Below are positions 25,638 to 35,155 of a stretch of DNA of 64,000 nt, piece by piece (the stretch's first letter is position 1; each line of letters opens with the position of its first letter). Below the pieces are notes generated by a model. The model saw only the letters and a list, made by a program, of their open reading frames with translations. It was not told the DNA's origin and searched no databases. The position numbers were made by a program, and so were the translations under genes. This stretch comes from a virus. Its lineage: Duplodnaviria; Heunggongvirae; Uroviricota; Caudoviricetes. Location: IMG/VR virus record IMGVR_UViG_3300029615_000411, positions 119,874 through 183,873 of that record. One strand, 5' to 3'.

Positions 25638-26983
25638 TTGTTTACCGGAAAAACCAGCGTCTTAGCGATTGTCTCAGCAAGGTCTTGAAACTCGCTCTCA
25701 ACGTGCTCCGGGATAAAACCGATAGCAGCTTCCCTCTTCAAAACGTCGATAGCCTTCGTAAACTGAGAACGGGTGTACGAATACCCCCAACGAAGACCAT
25801 CGGCGTTTTGCTGTAGAATTTCGCAAAGCGGGTCCAGTACAACAAACATGATTTCCTTCACGTTGTTTTCCGTGCAGATACGCATAGCCTCGATAGCTCC
25901 GGCAAAGCCGTACTCCCATTCATCGCTCGTGTGTCCACACATACCGTGGATGATTCGCTTGTCTCCCATATCTACCACGATACCGTAAGCGCCTTCACGC
26001 GTCTCGTCGTTGTAAACGCAAGTGAGGAATACATTCGTACGGAATGCATTCGAAGCCTTCATGGCGGAATCATATTTTGAACCACGGTCGCTCTTCATCG
26101 GAACAATGCCGGTAATAGAAAGCTTGTCTGTCTTAGGCTTCTCCATCTGCATACCGGACTGTCCACGAGCCATGATTGCACTATTCCCTTTCTGAGGAGA
26201 TTCTGTGCGCTGTGCAGGCTGTGAAACAGGCTTCTGAACGGGTTTCGCCTCTGACTTCATTTCCGGCGCAGAAACCGTCTTATCCGTCACGGGCTTTTTA
26301 TCCTTAACCGGAATGACAGGAGGCTTGGGCTGTTCCGAAATCTGTTCGGAAACAGAAGGCTTTGCAATCACTGGAGCAACCTTCTTCTGTTCCGGTTCGG
26401 CATCTTTCGGCCCTTGTTCGCTTTCTTCCGTTTTGTTCAGAACCGTTTCAAAAACATGGAGCGCTTCCTTCGTTTTAGACTCGGTAGCCTCATTCTTGGA
26501 TTCGTCCTTTACAGGAAGAGATTCTTCTTTTACGGGTTCATCCTTTGTTGCAGGCTTGACGACGGGATTTGATTGCGGTTTCGGCTCTTTCTTAGCGGTG
26601 ACACCGAAAAGATTTGCGAGACGTTCTTCCTCTTTCTTCTTCCTTTCAGCTTCCTGTTTCTTGCGTTCTTCCGCAAGCTTACGTTCCTGCTCTGCCTTTT
26701 CGGCTTCTTCCTTTTCAATTTGCTTGCGCATCTTTGCGCGGCGAGCCTCCTCAATGCGCTTTGCTTCTTCTTCTTCTTTCTTTTTCTTTTCGAGATACTC
26801 AGAGTGAATCGGACGAGATATCGTGGGAGCTGCCTGCAGAGGCTTCTTTGCTTCCACCTGTTCCCCCTTATTCTCCTCCTTCTTGAGTTTTTCCTTTTCT
26901 GCGGCATCAACTTTGCGCTGTGTCATATTGTTGAACAGCTTATTCAACGCCTCAGACTCGGCGATATAAGACTCCTTACTCAT
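25634..26983 (-). CDS. K/E-rich coiled-coil protein with C-terminal RNase-H-like domain
   Basis: C-terminal VFLTCVYNDETREGAYGIVVDMGDKRIIHGMCGHTSDEWEYGFAGAIEAMRIC...IMFVVLD resembles viral-type RNase H fold. Confidence 0.4.
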   Translation of the reverse strand: MSKESYIAESEALNKLFNNMTQRKVDAAEKEKLKKEENKGEQVEAKKPLQAAPTISRPIHSEYLEKKKKEEEEAKRIEEARRAKMRKQIEKEEAEKAEQERKLAEERKKQEAERKKKEEERLANLFGVTAKKEPKPQSNPVVKPATKDEPVKEESLPVKDESKNEATESKTKEALHVFETVLNKTEESEQGPKDAEPEQKKVAPVIAKPSVSEQISEQPKPPVIPVKDKKPVTDKTVSAPEMKSEAKPVQKPVSQPAQRTESPQKGNSAIMARGQSGMQMEKPKTDKLSITGIVPMKSDRGSKYDSAMKASNAFRTNVFLTCVYNDETREGAYGIVVDMGDKRIIHGMCGHTSDEWEYGFAGAIEAMRICTENNVKEIMFVVLDPLCEILQQNADGLRWGYSYTRSQFTKAIDVLKREAAIGFIPEHVESEFQDLAETIAKTLVFPVNN

Positions 26984-28646
26984 TACCGGTTGCCTCCTTT
27001 TTCGTGATGAGTGTATAGATTAACTCCTCTGTAAGAGGAATAGATGTAACATTGGGCAGATGCTCGAATCGAATACCACGAGCCTTACAAATCTGCTTCG
27101 CCTTTCCGTACAAAGAATGACTCATCTGTGTAACACGGAAAATAACAATGTCACTGTTTGCGATAAGCGCATCGCAGGTAGCCAGATTACACTGGTCAAC
27201 ATACGAGATGTCCGGCTGTGCATTACGAAGCATGTTGACAAAGTTCTGCTGTCCACCGCAGAAAACAATTTTCTTGTTCTTTGCCATCTGATTCAGCTCT
27301 TTATGATAGTCTATGACTTCTGTTTCCTGTTCACAGATACCTGCATCGGAATCATCAAAGTCATCAAACTCGGAAGTTTCTGGCCGAAGCTGAATGAGCT
27401 TTCGCTCTGCGTTCGCCAACAGCTTTTCCAGTTCATGGATTCTACTCTCGGCATCATCGTTCTTTTTGCGCAAAGCCGTTTCTCGTTTCATGGATGTGGC
27501 CTTGAAATCGTAAAGTTCTTTTTTGACCTTTTCCAGTTTGGCGTTTGTGCTTGCCTCAGCCACTTCCTTTTTGACTTCGGAAGCCTTTTGCTTTAGCTGC
27601 TCCTCGTATTTTTTGTTTTCGAGTTCGCGTTTTCTCAGCTTTCTCTGGTTATAGATTGTAGTGCTCTTTTCGAGAATTGCATTCTTTTGCTGCTTTTCTC
27701 CAAAAGAAGAAACAACATATTGCCAGACAAGAGCAATATAAGCATCACGAATTCCTCTGTCGATAGACGCTCTATGTACCATCTTTCTCGGGTCTACTGT
27801 GCAGCTCATTGCCATAATTGCGCAAATTCGCTCTTTCATTTTCTCCGTGATGGGGAACTTATAAAGCGAATGATGATTGACACCGATACTGGTGGAAATC
27901 CGGAAAGAACTCATACACATATCGATACGCGGACGACTGGACATATTTAACGGAGGCGCTGGAGCAACGCCATTCTTGACGGCTTGCGTAAAGAAATCCG
28001 CCATTTCCGGCATATCCCAGCTGTTACAGTCACTGTCGTATCGCAGCGCATAAATCATATCGCCGAGTGTGGCGACATCCCAGATATCGGACACTGCTTC
28101 TTTCACAAAGGCCATCATCGCTTCCGTGCCGCTGTCAGAGAAGGAGTTATCAAAATCTTTGACGATTTTCCTGATACTGTCTCCGTCCTTCACGGATGCT
28201 GCCTGAAAAATGTCCAATGCAGCCTTAAATCCACGCGTAATGGTTCTCTTACTCAAATCATTCTCGTGGAACATCTTTTCGAATAGCTTATCCGATTCGC
28301 CGTCGATTTTCTTTACAATCTGGTACAGCGTGGGATTCGTCTTATCGGCTTTGATGACCAGATACGAAAGGATGTCAAGTGCCGTATCTGTCAATCCATC
28401 ATTCCCTGCAAGAATGATGGTAAGGTCATTTTCGCCTTTAAGGATTTTCCTTTTCATCTTCTGGCAATCGTTGTCTGACTGAGCCAGTTCAATGATTTCC
28501 TTCCTCAAAGGGAAGCACTCGATTAGAAAAGCAATCCGCTGATACACAAAATCAACGGTGCTGATTTTAAATTCTCGCGGGAAATCCCTGATTTCAGCAA
28601 TATCATCAGGAATCACAAAGCCGTTAATCACATTCTGTGTAACCAA
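26976..28646 (-). CDS. hypothetical protein with central coiled coil (556 aa), TTG start
   Basis: AAGGAG RBS 8 nt before TTG 28646. Confidence 0.45.
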   Translation of the reverse strand: MVTQNVINGFVIPDDIAEIRDFPREFKISTVDFVYQRIAFLIECFPLRKEIIELAQSDNDCQKMKRKILKGENDLTIILAGNDGLTDTALDILSYLVIKADKTNPTLYQIVKKIDGESDKLFEKMFHENDLSKRTITRGFKAALDIFQAASVKDGDSIRKIVKDFDNSFSDSGTEAMMAFVKEAVSDIWDVATLGDMIYALRYDSDCNSWDMPEMADFFTQAVKNGVAPAPPLNMSSRPRIDMCMSSFRISTSIGVNHHSLYKFPITEKMKERICAIMAMSCTVDPRKMVHRASIDRGIRDAYIALVWQYVVSSFGEKQQKNAILEKSTTIYNQRKLRKRELENKKYEEQLKQKASEVKKEVAEASTNAKLEKVKKELYDFKATSMKRETALRKKNDDAESRIHELEKLLANAERKLIQLRPETSEFDDFDDSDAGICEQETEVIDYHKELNQMAKNKKIVFCGGQQNFVNMLRNAQPDISYVDQCNLATCDALIANSDIVIFRVTQMSHSLYGKAKQICKARGIRFEHLPNVTSIPLTEELIYTLITKKEATGNE

Positions 28647-28670
28647 GTTATCAACTCCTTCACCGGCAGT

Positions 28671-28952
28671 TTAAGTTCGATGAACTTTGTTTTTCATACA
28701 ACAAGGAAGGCAACAGACACCGTATGTGTTATTGCCCCACTCGCAATGCGCTCGACTACAAATAACACCGCGTTGGGCTTTGACGGTTTTCTTCTCTTCT
28801 TTCTTCTTTTCGATTTCGCCTTCCCGAAGAATGGTCTTTACTTCCTTTGTTGTGATACCATACTTTCTGGCAATCTGAACGACCGTTTTCCCTCCGTTGA
28901 ATTCCTCTACAGCCTGTTCATGTGTTACGCCACAGCCAAATTTTCCGTACAT
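28671..28952 (-). CDS. small HTH DNA-binding protein with C-terminal Cys cluster
   Basis: TVVQIARKYGITTKEVKTILR HTH; CSRAHCEW...CCLPCC. Confidence 0.45.
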   Translation of the reverse strand: MYGKFGCGVTHEQAVEEFNGGKTVVQIARKYGITTKEVKTILREGEIEKKKEEKKTVKAQRGVICSRAHCEWGNNTYGVCCLPCCMKNKVHRT

Positions 28953-28989
28953 GATTTAACCCTCACTCTAAATACGGCAAAAAGGCCAT

Positions 28990-29032
28990 GCGCTCTATTT
29001 CCTATAAGAAATGGCGGTATGGCCTGTTTGCC
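28990..29032 (-). terminator. terminator after Dam methyltransferase gene (GGCCAT...ATGGCC TTTTTG)
   Basis: 6-bp stem, long loop, T5. Confidence 0.4.
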
Positions 29033-29036
29033 TCGC

Positions 29037-29555
29037 TTAAATAATCGAGAACTTACGCTTTTTGTTTGTGAACTCAACAATCATAGAAGGACGACGACTG
29101 CCGATAGTCTCTTTCCGATTCTCAGAGTCAATGAACAGATAAGGGTTCGTCATCTTGATTCTGGCAGGCAGAAACTTTACCCTTACTCCCTGCTGTCCAT
29201 AAATGTATCTCTGGAACCAGTCAGAGTCCGTAGAAACGGGTAAAAGCATGACGACCGTGGTATTCTTTTTCCTTGACTCCTCGTACGCCTTGCGCACCCA
29301 CAACTTAAAGGACTTATGCCCTGTCGGGGGATTGCAAAATACTGTTTCACCTTTCCAGTCCTGCAAGAGACCATCGACACGCTCCGTGTAATATTTCTTG
29401 CATTTATGATTTTTGTCCGATGCAGCCGCATCCAGAGTGAAACCGTATTCCTTGTTCAGGTCATCGAAAAGCCCCTGAGGCGTCTCCCATTCCTGTTTGT
29501 GAGTATTCTTGACTGCATAAGTCTTATCCGTTGTTTTCGTTTCTACGCTGTTCAT
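29037..29555 (-). CDS. phage-type DNA N6-adenine methyltransferase (Dam family), orphan
   Basis: WETPQGLFDDLNKEYGFTLDAAAS...YYTERVDGLLQDWKGETVFCNPPTG matches phage Dam signature; motif IV is NPPT rather than NPPY/DPPY. Confidence 0.7.
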   Translation of the reverse strand: MNSVETKTTDKTYAVKNTHKQEWETPQGLFDDLNKEYGFTLDAAASDKNHKCKKYYTERVDGLLQDWKGETVFCNPPTGHKSFKLWVRKAYEESRKKNTTVVMLLPVSTDSDWFQRYIYGQQGVRVKFLPARIKMTNPYLFIDSENRKETIGSRRPSMIVEFTNKKRKFSII

Positions 29556-29584
29556 GGCAATCTTCCCCTTACGATTGATGATGT

Positions 29585-30223
29585 TTATTTCGTGGTTTTT
29601 GGGCCTTTTAAAAGCCCCTTGGTTCTGAGAATGTTCCGCACATATGCAAGGCGTCTTCTGCCAAAGCCATGTGCATTCTGCTTACTTTTGTTTTCGGCAT
29701 AAGCCATATCAGAATACTTGATGCCGTCTTTGTAATGCTTCAAGAGATAATCTGTAACAGTCGTATCTCTGATTGCAAGAATAGCATCGACAATTCTCGC
29801 TTCTTCTTTTTTCGAATAAGGATAATCGTCGATGTTATACCTGACCCCGTCCAGCCCGCAAATGATATTCACGGGCCAACCCTTGCGGAAGGCAATGTTT
29901 GCTTCGCGGATATTCCGTTCTGTCATGACATCACCGGTCTTATCTCTTCTGTGCCTGTACAATGTTCGCTGCGCACAGGCTTTGCATACACCCCGCGCAT
30001 ATATGATAGAAAGCCTATTACAAATAGGGCATTCTTCGATTCGGACATGTTTTCCGGACTTAACGGTTTGATAATCCAATCCGTTGATGTAAGTCTTGTT
30101 GTTAAAGGTGATTGTTTCTGCACCCTTATATTCAGGGAACTCATCTCCTGTATAAATTCCCTTCATCTCTGCGGGGAGAGTATCTGCGTCGCTTTGAAGT
30201 ACGTAGAATTTCTTTTTGCTCAT
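29585..30223 (-). CDS. hypothetical protein with CxxC zinc ribbon (212 aa)
   Basis: CPICNRL...CKAC. Confidence 0.45.
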   Translation of the reverse strand: MSKKKFYVLQSDADTLPAEMKGIYTGDEFPEYKGAETITFNNKTYINGLDYQTVKSGKHVRIEECPICNRLSIIYARGVCKACAQRTLYRHRRDKTGDVMTERNIREANIAFRKGWPVNIICGLDGVRYNIDDYPYSKKEEARIVDAILAIRDTTVTDYLLKHYKDGIKYSDMAYAENKSKQNAHGFGRRRLAYVRNILRTKGLLKGPKTTK

Positions 30224-30242
30224 GGTCTACCACCGTTTCTGT

Positions 30243-30962
30243 TTATCCTGCGATGCTGCTTTTAGCAACCTCGAATGGCTTTACATCAACAAGCCTTACA
30301 GAAACAATGGTAGCAAGCAGGTCTTTGGTGCTATTGAAGATGATGTTCTTCTTCTCGCCAAAGGTATCATAGAACTGAGCAGAGCAGCGATTCGGATTGT
30401 CATCGGTATCCAGCATTTTGAATCCGCTCTCTCCTCTGCACAGCATCGTGGTAATATAACTACCCATGTTGCAGAAGAAATCGGTTGTAGTGAACCGGAA
30501 TACCGGAGGCGTTTTCTTACGGATGGTGATGTACCGCTCGTAAAGCTCTCCGTTGATTTCCGTAACCATCAGAAGTTCAAAGGTACAGATGAACTGCCCT
30601 GCTGTCGGTGACGGAATTCCGTGCGTAGGAGTTCCCTTGTGCTGCGCCGCACTCTCCGCCTCGTACATGATTCCGTACTGTGTAACGTTGACGGTGCCGA
30701 GATTGTCAATCTTCTTGACAGTCTGATGTTTGACGAGATAGCCGTCGTACATAAGACGGTCAATAATTCTCTCGCCCTTGGCTTTCAGATTGTCGCCCTC
30801 AATCGTTGAAACGACTTCGTCAGAACCCTCGTACTGATAGCCAACGACACGACCAAAACATGCAGGCGCATCGTTTTCACTTTCTACTTTCAGGGACATA
30901 ACTGACCCGAAAGGGCAATACTCCGGAATTCTTTTCTTTGCTACATAACGTTTTTCTACCAT
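30243..30962 (-). CDS. hypothetical protein (239 aa)
   Basis: Class II promoter P3 upstream. Confidence 0.45.
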   Translation of the reverse strand: MVEKRYVAKKRIPEYCPFGSVMSLKVESENDAPACFGRVVGYQYEGSDEVVSTIEGDNLKAKGERIIDRLMYDGYLVKHQTVKKIDNLGTVNVTQYGIMYEAESAAQHKGTPTHGIPSPTAGQFICTFELLMVTEINGELYERYITIRKKTPPVFRFTTTDFFCNMGSYITTMLCRGESGFKMLDTDDNPNRCSAQFYDTFGEKKNIIFNSTKDLLATIVSVRLVDVKPFEVAKSSIAG

Positions 30963-31124
30963 TGAATCTGTCCCCCGTATTTGCTTGTTAATTCGTATGA
31001 TATTGCCTATTTATTCTAATATAGTCAACATCAAAAAACTGCGTAAAAAATCGCACAGATGTTCTTCTGCGCTGTTCCACCATAGAAATATCACCGATAT
31101 TCCCTGTTCATCTTGAACATATCT

Positions 31125-31158
31125 ATATTATACCACATTAAAACAAGGTAGTCAACGA
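31125..31158 (-). promoter_or_regulatory. class II promoter P3 (TTGACT-17-TGgTATAATATA)
   Basis: Reverse complement TTGACTaccttgttttaatgtggTATAATata. Confidence 0.5.
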
Positions 31159-31199
31159 CAAAAACCGTCGCAAATGTTAGTTTTCGCATTTACGACGGC
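31158..31199 (-). terminator. terminator after flotillin gene (CCGTCGtAAATG...CATTTgCGACGG TTTTTG)
   Basis: Extended interrupted stem plus T-run. Confidence 0.5.
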
Positions 31200-31223
31200 T
31201 GAAGTTATATTTTTTTGAGCAAA

Positions 31224-32759
31224 TTATTTTATATCGCTTGCGTTTTCGTCAGGTTCGATGTGCGCATTGTCATCAGCCTTCTCGATTGCAGGCAAACCGT
31301 GAATGTTGATATTGCGGTCGGTCTTAGCATTGATACTGTTCGCACGAACGATATCGGCCATATCAATACCGGTAGCTTCCTTGACGGTCTGCATGGTCTG
31401 TGCCATCAGCACGGGAACATTCCCAGACACGCCGGAAACGCCAGATGCATCGCCGCCGATAATAGATACCTTATCGATTGCGGACAAGGGCTGAGCCACA
31501 TTCTTAGCAATATCAGGCAGGACCTTGATAAGCATTTCAGCGACAGCGGCATCGTTGTACTGCTTGTAAGCCTCCGCTTTTTGCTTCATAGCTTCGGCTT
31601 CAGCAATACCCTTCTGACGGATAGCCTCAGCTTCTGCCTTACCTACAAGGGCAATACCTTCGGCTTCCTGTTGCTTTGCAAATTTCTGAGCCTCAGCAGC
31701 GCGTTCGGCTTCGTATTTTTTTGCTTCTGCTTCTTTTTGGCGTTTATACAATTCGGCATCCGCAGCTTTGCGAACCTCTGCATCCAGTTTTCTCTGCTGA
31801 ACCTCGGCTTCCTGTGCAGCAAGGTCGACCATCTTCTTCTGCTTTGCAATTTCCGCATCAGCTTCGGCTTCTTTGATTTCCTTGGCGCGAAGATTTGTCT
31901 GAATCTGTCCTGCAGCGTTGGCATCGGCAGCAGCCTTGTCAGCCTCGGCCTTCAATTTGGCCTTTGCCAGCTGCAATTCATTGTTGCGCTGTGCAATAGC
32001 AGTCTGGGCTTCAACTTCCTTTTCATTGGCTGCCATTTCAGCGTCAGCCTTTGCGCGAGCAATATCACGAGCGGCTTCGGCGCGAGCAATCTCTGCGCGT
32101 TTCTTGACGGCTTCTTCCTGCTCAATACCAATAGCCTCAATGACGCCGTGATTGTGACCCTGCGCATCGACGGCGTCTTTTACATCCTGCACATTGAAGG
32201 TCACAACTTCAAGACCCATTTTTGCAAGGTCAGGACGGGCATTTTCGATTACTGACAGCGCCATTTGTTTACGATTTGTGAGAATCTGGTCAACCGTCAT
32301 ATCCGAAACGATTTCGCGCAGGTTGCCTTGCAAGACATCATTTACTTTGTCATTGATGCCTTTTTCGTCCATGCCAAGGAAGTTCGAAATAGCCGACTGC
32401 TGACGACCCGTAATATATTCCTTGACATCCTTTGCACCAGATGCCTGAACCTCAGAGTCGAGAACAGTAGAATTATCGCTGTATACCTGAATCGTTACAA
32501 CAGAATCAATCCAGAGCGATACGCCTTCTTTTGTCTTGACACCTGTCTCAGGGGTTTTGACATCAATTTTCAGAAGACGCATATTCAGCTTATCTGCACG
32601 CTGCAGCACAGGGATGACGAATGTACCCTTTCCGCAAACGACTTTTGGCTTTTTCAAGCCAAATCCAGTCACAACGATGGCTGCTGTGGGAGGCGCTTTT
32701 TTGTAGCATGTGAATGCGAACAAAACAAACAATACGACAATGATGATTCCTAAAAACAT
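31224..32759 (-). CDS. flotillin-like SPFH/band-7 protein (FloT-like) with Ala/Glu-rich coiled-coil repeats
   Basis: N-terminal TM, SPFH domain, then long AEAxxKxxAEA flotillin-type repeats; terminator follows. Confidence 0.75.
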   Translation of the reverse strand: MFLGIIIVVLFVLFAFTCYKKAPPTAAIVVTGFGLKKPKVVCGKGTFVIPVLQRADKLNMRLLKIDVKTPETGVKTKEGVSLWIDSVVTIQVYSDNSTVLDSEVQASGAKDVKEYITGRQQSAISNFLGMDEKGINDKVNDVLQGNLREIVSDMTVDQILTNRKQMALSVIENARPDLAKMGLEVVTFNVQDVKDAVDAQGHNHGVIEAIGIEQEEAVKKRAEIARAEAARDIARAKADAEMAANEKEVEAQTAIAQRNNELQLAKAKLKAEADKAAADANAAGQIQTNLRAKEIKEAEADAEIAKQKKMVDLAAQEAEVQQRKLDAEVRKAADAELYKRQKEAEAKKYEAERAAEAQKFAKQQEAEGIALVGKAEAEAIRQKGIAEAEAMKQKAEAYKQYNDAAVAEMLIKVLPDIAKNVAQPLSAIDKVSIIGGDASGVSGVSGNVPVLMAQTMQTVKEATGIDMADIVRANSINAKTDRNINIHGLPAIEKADDNAHIEPDENASDIK

Positions 32760-32774
32760 GGTATACTCCTTTTC

Positions 32775-33005
32775 TTATCTGCAATGGGATTTGCAATACT
32801 TTGACACTTTGCTGGCGACCTCTTTCTTGAATGCATATTCATCACATTGTGCCAAACGCATTTTATATATCTCCTGTTGTTTGGCAACACGAGCCGAATA
32901 GCCTTCGCATACGGAATGACATCCAGCTTTGCGATGTGGGCATTGATAACAGGTTCTAAAAATGTCGTGTTCGCTCGCACTTCCAGTATTGCTGTTCGAT
33001 GTCAT
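32775..33005 (-). CDS. small Cys/His-rich protein (76 aa), co-transcribed upstream of flotillin
   Basis: CYQCPHRKAGCHSVC...CKSHC. Confidence 0.4.
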   Translation of the reverse strand: MTSNSNTGSASEHDIFRTCYQCPHRKAGCHSVCEGYSARVAKQQEIYKMRLAQCDEYAFKKEVASKVSKYCKSHCR

Positions 33006-33042
33006 AAATGGAATTCCCCCTGTCTTTCCAATTGATATATTA

Positions 33043-33076
33043 TATTATACCACAAATAAGCAAAAGAATCAATTAA
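33043..33076 (-). promoter_or_regulatory. class II promoter P4 (TTGATT-17-TGgTATAATATA) for the small Cys protein and flotillin
   Basis: Reverse complement TTGATTcttttgcttatttgtggTATAATata. Confidence 0.45.
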
Positions 33077-33105
33077 AAAGACGAGCAAGATACTTCTCGC
33101 TCGCC
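33075..33105 (-). terminator. terminator after secreted protein gene 33124..34212 (CGAGC...GCTCG TCTTTTT)
   Basis: Short stem plus T-run abutting P4 -35. Confidence 0.35.
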
Positions 33106-33123
33106 TTCTGCTTTTCTGTGTTG

Positions 33124-34212
33124 TTAGGTTTCTTCGCTGTCTTCGCTATCTTCTTCTTTGCGGCTATCCTTAGAGAACCCGACAAAACCGCATGCGCCTG
33201 CGGAAATTCCGAAGATTACTGCCATGATGGGCATGATGAGTCTGTTTCGATATACAGCGCCTACAATGAAATTGGCGTTAGCTACCTGCTCCAATACATA
33301 GTGCGCAATCGCGCAAATCGTAAGTTCAGAAGCGTTACCGAACGATTCATCAAGACCGATGCTGAGCAACGACATGGAATAGGTTGCGCTGGCTACATAC
33401 TTAATTTCGATAGGTGCAGCGGTTTCATATACAGCTACATAACTCTTGCCGGTATTCTTTTGACCGTAGATAGACAGTGTGCGGTAGAATCCGCCTTCTG
33501 CCCTTGCTACTGGGTCGCTTGTCCACTTACCGCCTGTGATTTTATAGGAATCACTGTTCAGACCGATGGCAGACATCAAATCGCTCTTATAACCATCCCA
33601 AAGCGGTGTGGCGGGATTGTATGTGTGGACTTTTCCGAGATAGACATATGCGGTGGCACCTTCCGGAATTACGACTTGTCCATCAATCGTGAAATCGACC
33701 CATGTATCGGTGTCCTCGACTTCATTGACCTCTTTCAGAACGCCTTCAACTTCCGTACCATCATCAAGAGTGAAGGTCTTGTTTTGCGGGGCGTTCGGTT
33801 TCTTGTCTTCGCCCTTGTACTCTACTGTCATTTCTGTGGGAATATCGGCTTGCTCTTCCGTGTACTGAACATCTTCGAGCGGCAATTCATACTGTTCTCC
33901 GCCCAGCGTTACAGTATAGGTCTGAGGAACTTCTTTTACAGTCAAATCCGTATATTCTACGGTTTCTTGATACTTGGTATTGAGTTCCCTTTGCTGATAA
34001 TCTACGCTGTCTTCGTCGAGGACATAGGTATTACCGTTCTCCTCAATTTCCTTCGGAAGAGGATTGGCATCGGCTTCTTCTTGGTCCTTGTAATTGAACT
34101 CACGAGTGATATCAATATCAATATCACCAAGAGAAGTCAACGCTTGTGTAGAAATACATCCTACACAAAGCAGCGCACTTACAAAAGCAAGCACTCTCAT
34201 TACATTTTTCAT
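33124..34212 (-). CDS. secreted acidic protein with C-terminal hydrophobic anchor and charged tail (no xKTG motif)
   Basis: MKNVMRVLAFVSALLCVGC signal peptide; C-terminus IMAVIFGISAGACGFVGFSKDSRKEED. Confidence 0.5.
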   Translation of the reverse strand: MKNVMRVLAFVSALLCVGCISTQALTSLGDIDIDITREFNYKDQEEADANPLPKEIEENGNTYVLDEDSVDYQQRELNTKYQETVEYTDLTVKEVPQTYTVTLGGEQYELPLEDVQYTEEQADIPTEMTVEYKGEDKKPNAPQNKTFTLDDGTEVEGVLKEVNEVEDTDTWVDFTIDGQVVIPEGATAYVYLGKVHTYNPATPLWDGYKSDLMSAIGLNSDSYKITGGKWTSDPVARAEGGFYRTLSIYGQKNTGKSYVAVYETAAPIEIKYVASATYSMSLLSIGLDESFGNASELTICAIAHYVLEQVANANFIVGAVYRNRLIMPIMAVIFGISAGACGFVGFSKDSRKEEDSEDSEET

Positions 34213-34274
34213 AGCTTTTTTGGGCGTCTTAGCAGCTTGTCTGCCTGTACGCCGCCTCCTTTCGAATTCTCCTT

Positions 34275-34307
34275 TTATTGTATCTACTTTGCAGCAAATA
34301 GCAAAGA
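34275..34307 (-). promoter_or_regulatory. class I promoter F (TTTGCT-ATTTGCTGCAAAGTAGA-TACAAT)
   Basis: Upstream of the 33124..34212 secreted protein gene. Confidence 0.4.
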
Positions 34308-34351
34308 AAAAAGCCGAGCGGCTTATCACCGCTCGGCATCCCCATCACATA

Positions 34352-34906
34352 TCAATCTTCATCGACGTCTTCGTTGACAGTCGTGTTTACTCGTTCCTCT
34401 TTCGGAATGTACTTAGGTGTGGGCTCACAACGACATTTGAGTACATATTCACTATCGCCAAACGCAAGTTCCTTTAATGCTAACGGATAGGCAAAAAACA
34501 GCTTCTTGGCAAATGCTTCATCCTTATCAAACGCTTTTGCCAGTTTCTTGTAGAAGAACCAGCAATAAGCAGACAATGCAAGAGTGTAAGCAATAGAATC
34601 AAACTGAAACATCGTGAATCCAGTTCCCAACTCAACATGGTTCATAAAATACCATACCCAAAGCCAAGACGGAACACACTGAATGATAGAGCCTACACCG
34701 TATACCAGTGGATACACGCCATAGGTACCATAGGCGAAAATGAGCGGAGAAGCTCCCTTCTTATATGCCTTATAGGACATTTTCATAACACAAACAAAAA
34801 TAAAAAGAAGTGTTACGGTAGTCAGCAGATTAGCAATGAAGTGTAAGAAGCCAAGCCCCTTCGTACAAAGATGTAAGGTCAATCCTAAATAAAGAATAAT
34901 CGGCAT
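34352..34906 (-). CDS. polytopic membrane protein (about 184 aa)
   Basis: GAGGAGG RBS; ATG 34906 gives 7 nt spacing. Confidence 0.45.
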   Translation of the reverse strand: MPIILYLGLTLHLCTKGLGFLHFIANLLTTVTLLFIFVCVMKMSYKAYKKGASPLIFAYGTYGVYPLVYGVGSIIQCVPSWLWVWYFMNHVELGTGFTMFQFDSIAYTLALSAYCWFFYKKLAKAFDKDEAFAKKLFFAYPLALKELAFGDSEYVLKCRCEPTPKYIPKEERVNTTVNEDVDED

Positions 34907-34926
34907 TTTCATTCCTCCTCTTTTCT

Positions 34927-34958
34927 ATATTATACCACATTTTGCCTTAATGGTCAAC
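34927..34958 (-). promoter_or_regulatory. class II promoter P5 (TTGACC-17-TGgTATAATATA)
   Basis: Reverse complement TTGACCattaaggcaaaatgtggTATAATata. Confidence 0.5.
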
Positions 34959-34967
34959 TTGTATAAT

Positions 34968-35009
34968 ACAAAAAAAGATAGCCACCCATTTCTGAGCGGC
35001 TATCTGAAG
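34968..35009 (-). terminator. terminator after lipoprotein gene (AGATAGCC...GGCTATCT TTTTTTTG)
   Basis: 8-bp stem plus T7. Confidence 0.55.
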
Positions 35010-35155
35010 ATTTGAGGTCCGCATTCAGTGCCTAAACACTGTTTTGCTTCCCTGATGACTGGTTTTATCGTTGCTCGCCAACCGCAGGTCTATACATCCT
35101 GCATCACACTTTGAGAAAATAATCGAGTTTATGTGCCAGCCTCACAAGGCGTCTT

